Shown here one piece after another: positions 62,821-64,000 of a DNA stretch of 64,000 nt. The notes under the pieces were generated by a model. It saw only the letters and a program-made list of their open reading frames with translations. It was not told where the DNA came from and did no database searches. The translations under genes and the position numbers were made by a program. Each line of letters opens with the position of its first letter. The stretch's first letter is position 1. This DNA comes from Hemiscyllium ocellatum (Eukaryota), in the NCBI RefSeq assembly GCF_020745735.1, contig NC_083408.1, forward strand, positions 32,766,484 to 32,830,483, in the 5' to 3' direction.

Positions 62821-64000
62821 TTCACAATTGTACATGATAACACATGTAAATCAAAGAGATTGCAGAAGCCCACCAGTGTCAGACAGCAGTCACTCTACGG
62901 TAAGGGGAAACCATTATAAGCCACAAAATACCAGAAGAGACAAGGTTACAGATTGCTCCAAGTGAAGAATAGAGCCCTGAGTCATAAGCCTTATTGCAAC
63001 CCAAACCACTGTCAAAGAAGCTTTGGTAAGTTGCTGCAGTGCGTCCTGCAGACAATGTACGCCGCTGCCACTGTAATGAAAAAATTCAATATTGAAGTTG
63101 GTGGCTGGTGTTTCAATCAACCTGGCTGCTTTAACCAGAATGAACTTCTTAGGTTTTGTTGGAGCTGCACTCATCCAGGGAAGTCAGGAGTATTCCATCC
63201 TGATTTGTGTCTTGTGGATGGTGGACAAGCTTTGGGGAGTCTGGAGAATTTGGCACAGAATTCCCAGCCTTTGACTTGCTCTTAAAGCCACAGCACTTCT
63301 ATAGTTAATTTAGTTAGGTCTCTGGTCAATAGAATACATGAATTATTGATTTTTTTGTCACATGTATGAAGATACAGTGAAAAGTGTTTTGTTGCCACAA
63401 TCCAGCGCCATTTTGAAGTACAATAAGGATTAAAAGAAATTGCTTAAATAAGAGCTCATCTTCAGTTCAAATTGGGGTCTTAAGCACAGCTTCGAGGCAT
63501 CTACTAGGTCTCTGCATGGTATCCGATCCTCAGGGAGTCCTACTGCAGGAACAGCAACAATGACGCTAGTGCCCCAGGAGACCCCGGCCCTATTCCCGTC
63601 AGACCTTGCTGACACTGCCAAGAGTCCAGGCTCCGGGCCAAAGGCTGTTAGGTGCCCCTACCCTGAGCACCATTGCCAGGAATAATGATATGTTAACCAG
63701 GTGAAGCTACAACACAGGACTACTTGCTTGCCAAATAGTGGAGACAACATGCAATTGACAGGGAATTATGATCCTACAGTCACATGTCAGATCAAAGCTC
63801 TGCAGTATTGGCATATCCAGTCACAATTGGCTATGAACAATTAAACCTCAACAATCAAGGGGGAGACTCCACAAATGTTCACATCTTTAATGGTGAGGAA
63901 ATCCAGTACATCACTCCAAATATTAAGGCATTTGCAACCACTTTCAGCCAGAGGTACTAAGTGGATGATCTATCTCATCCTCCTCCTCCTCCTCCCCCTC

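Overview
Vertebrate genomic DNA, almost certainly from a cartilaginous fish (HE1-type V-SINEs, shark-type CR1 and Penelope families; this assignment is an inference). One host gene is recognisable: the 5' part of MGA (MAX gene-associated, T-box/bHLH-Zip) on the minus strand. Its large first coding exon (6464-7566) encodes the whole T-box, and a CpG-island promoter lies at about 15.2-17.4 kb. A second, orphan CpG island rich in E-box, E2F and ETS sites lies at about 50.5-51.3 kb. The rest is mostly nested retroelement debris: CR1, RTE, Rex1/Babar, a Tx1-type L1, Gypsy remnants, SINEs and many Penelope-like elements (PLEs). The most striking non-genic pattern is about ten short inverted-repeat (fold-back) PLE-terminus insertions from at least three families. 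Many carry minimal hammerhead-ribozyme cores, have 10-18 bp target-site duplications (TSDs) and have an unpaired 30-40 nt tail. There is also a templated inverted duplication that preserves the empty site of the Tx1 insertion. Coordinates of decayed repeats are approximate because they were read by eye.
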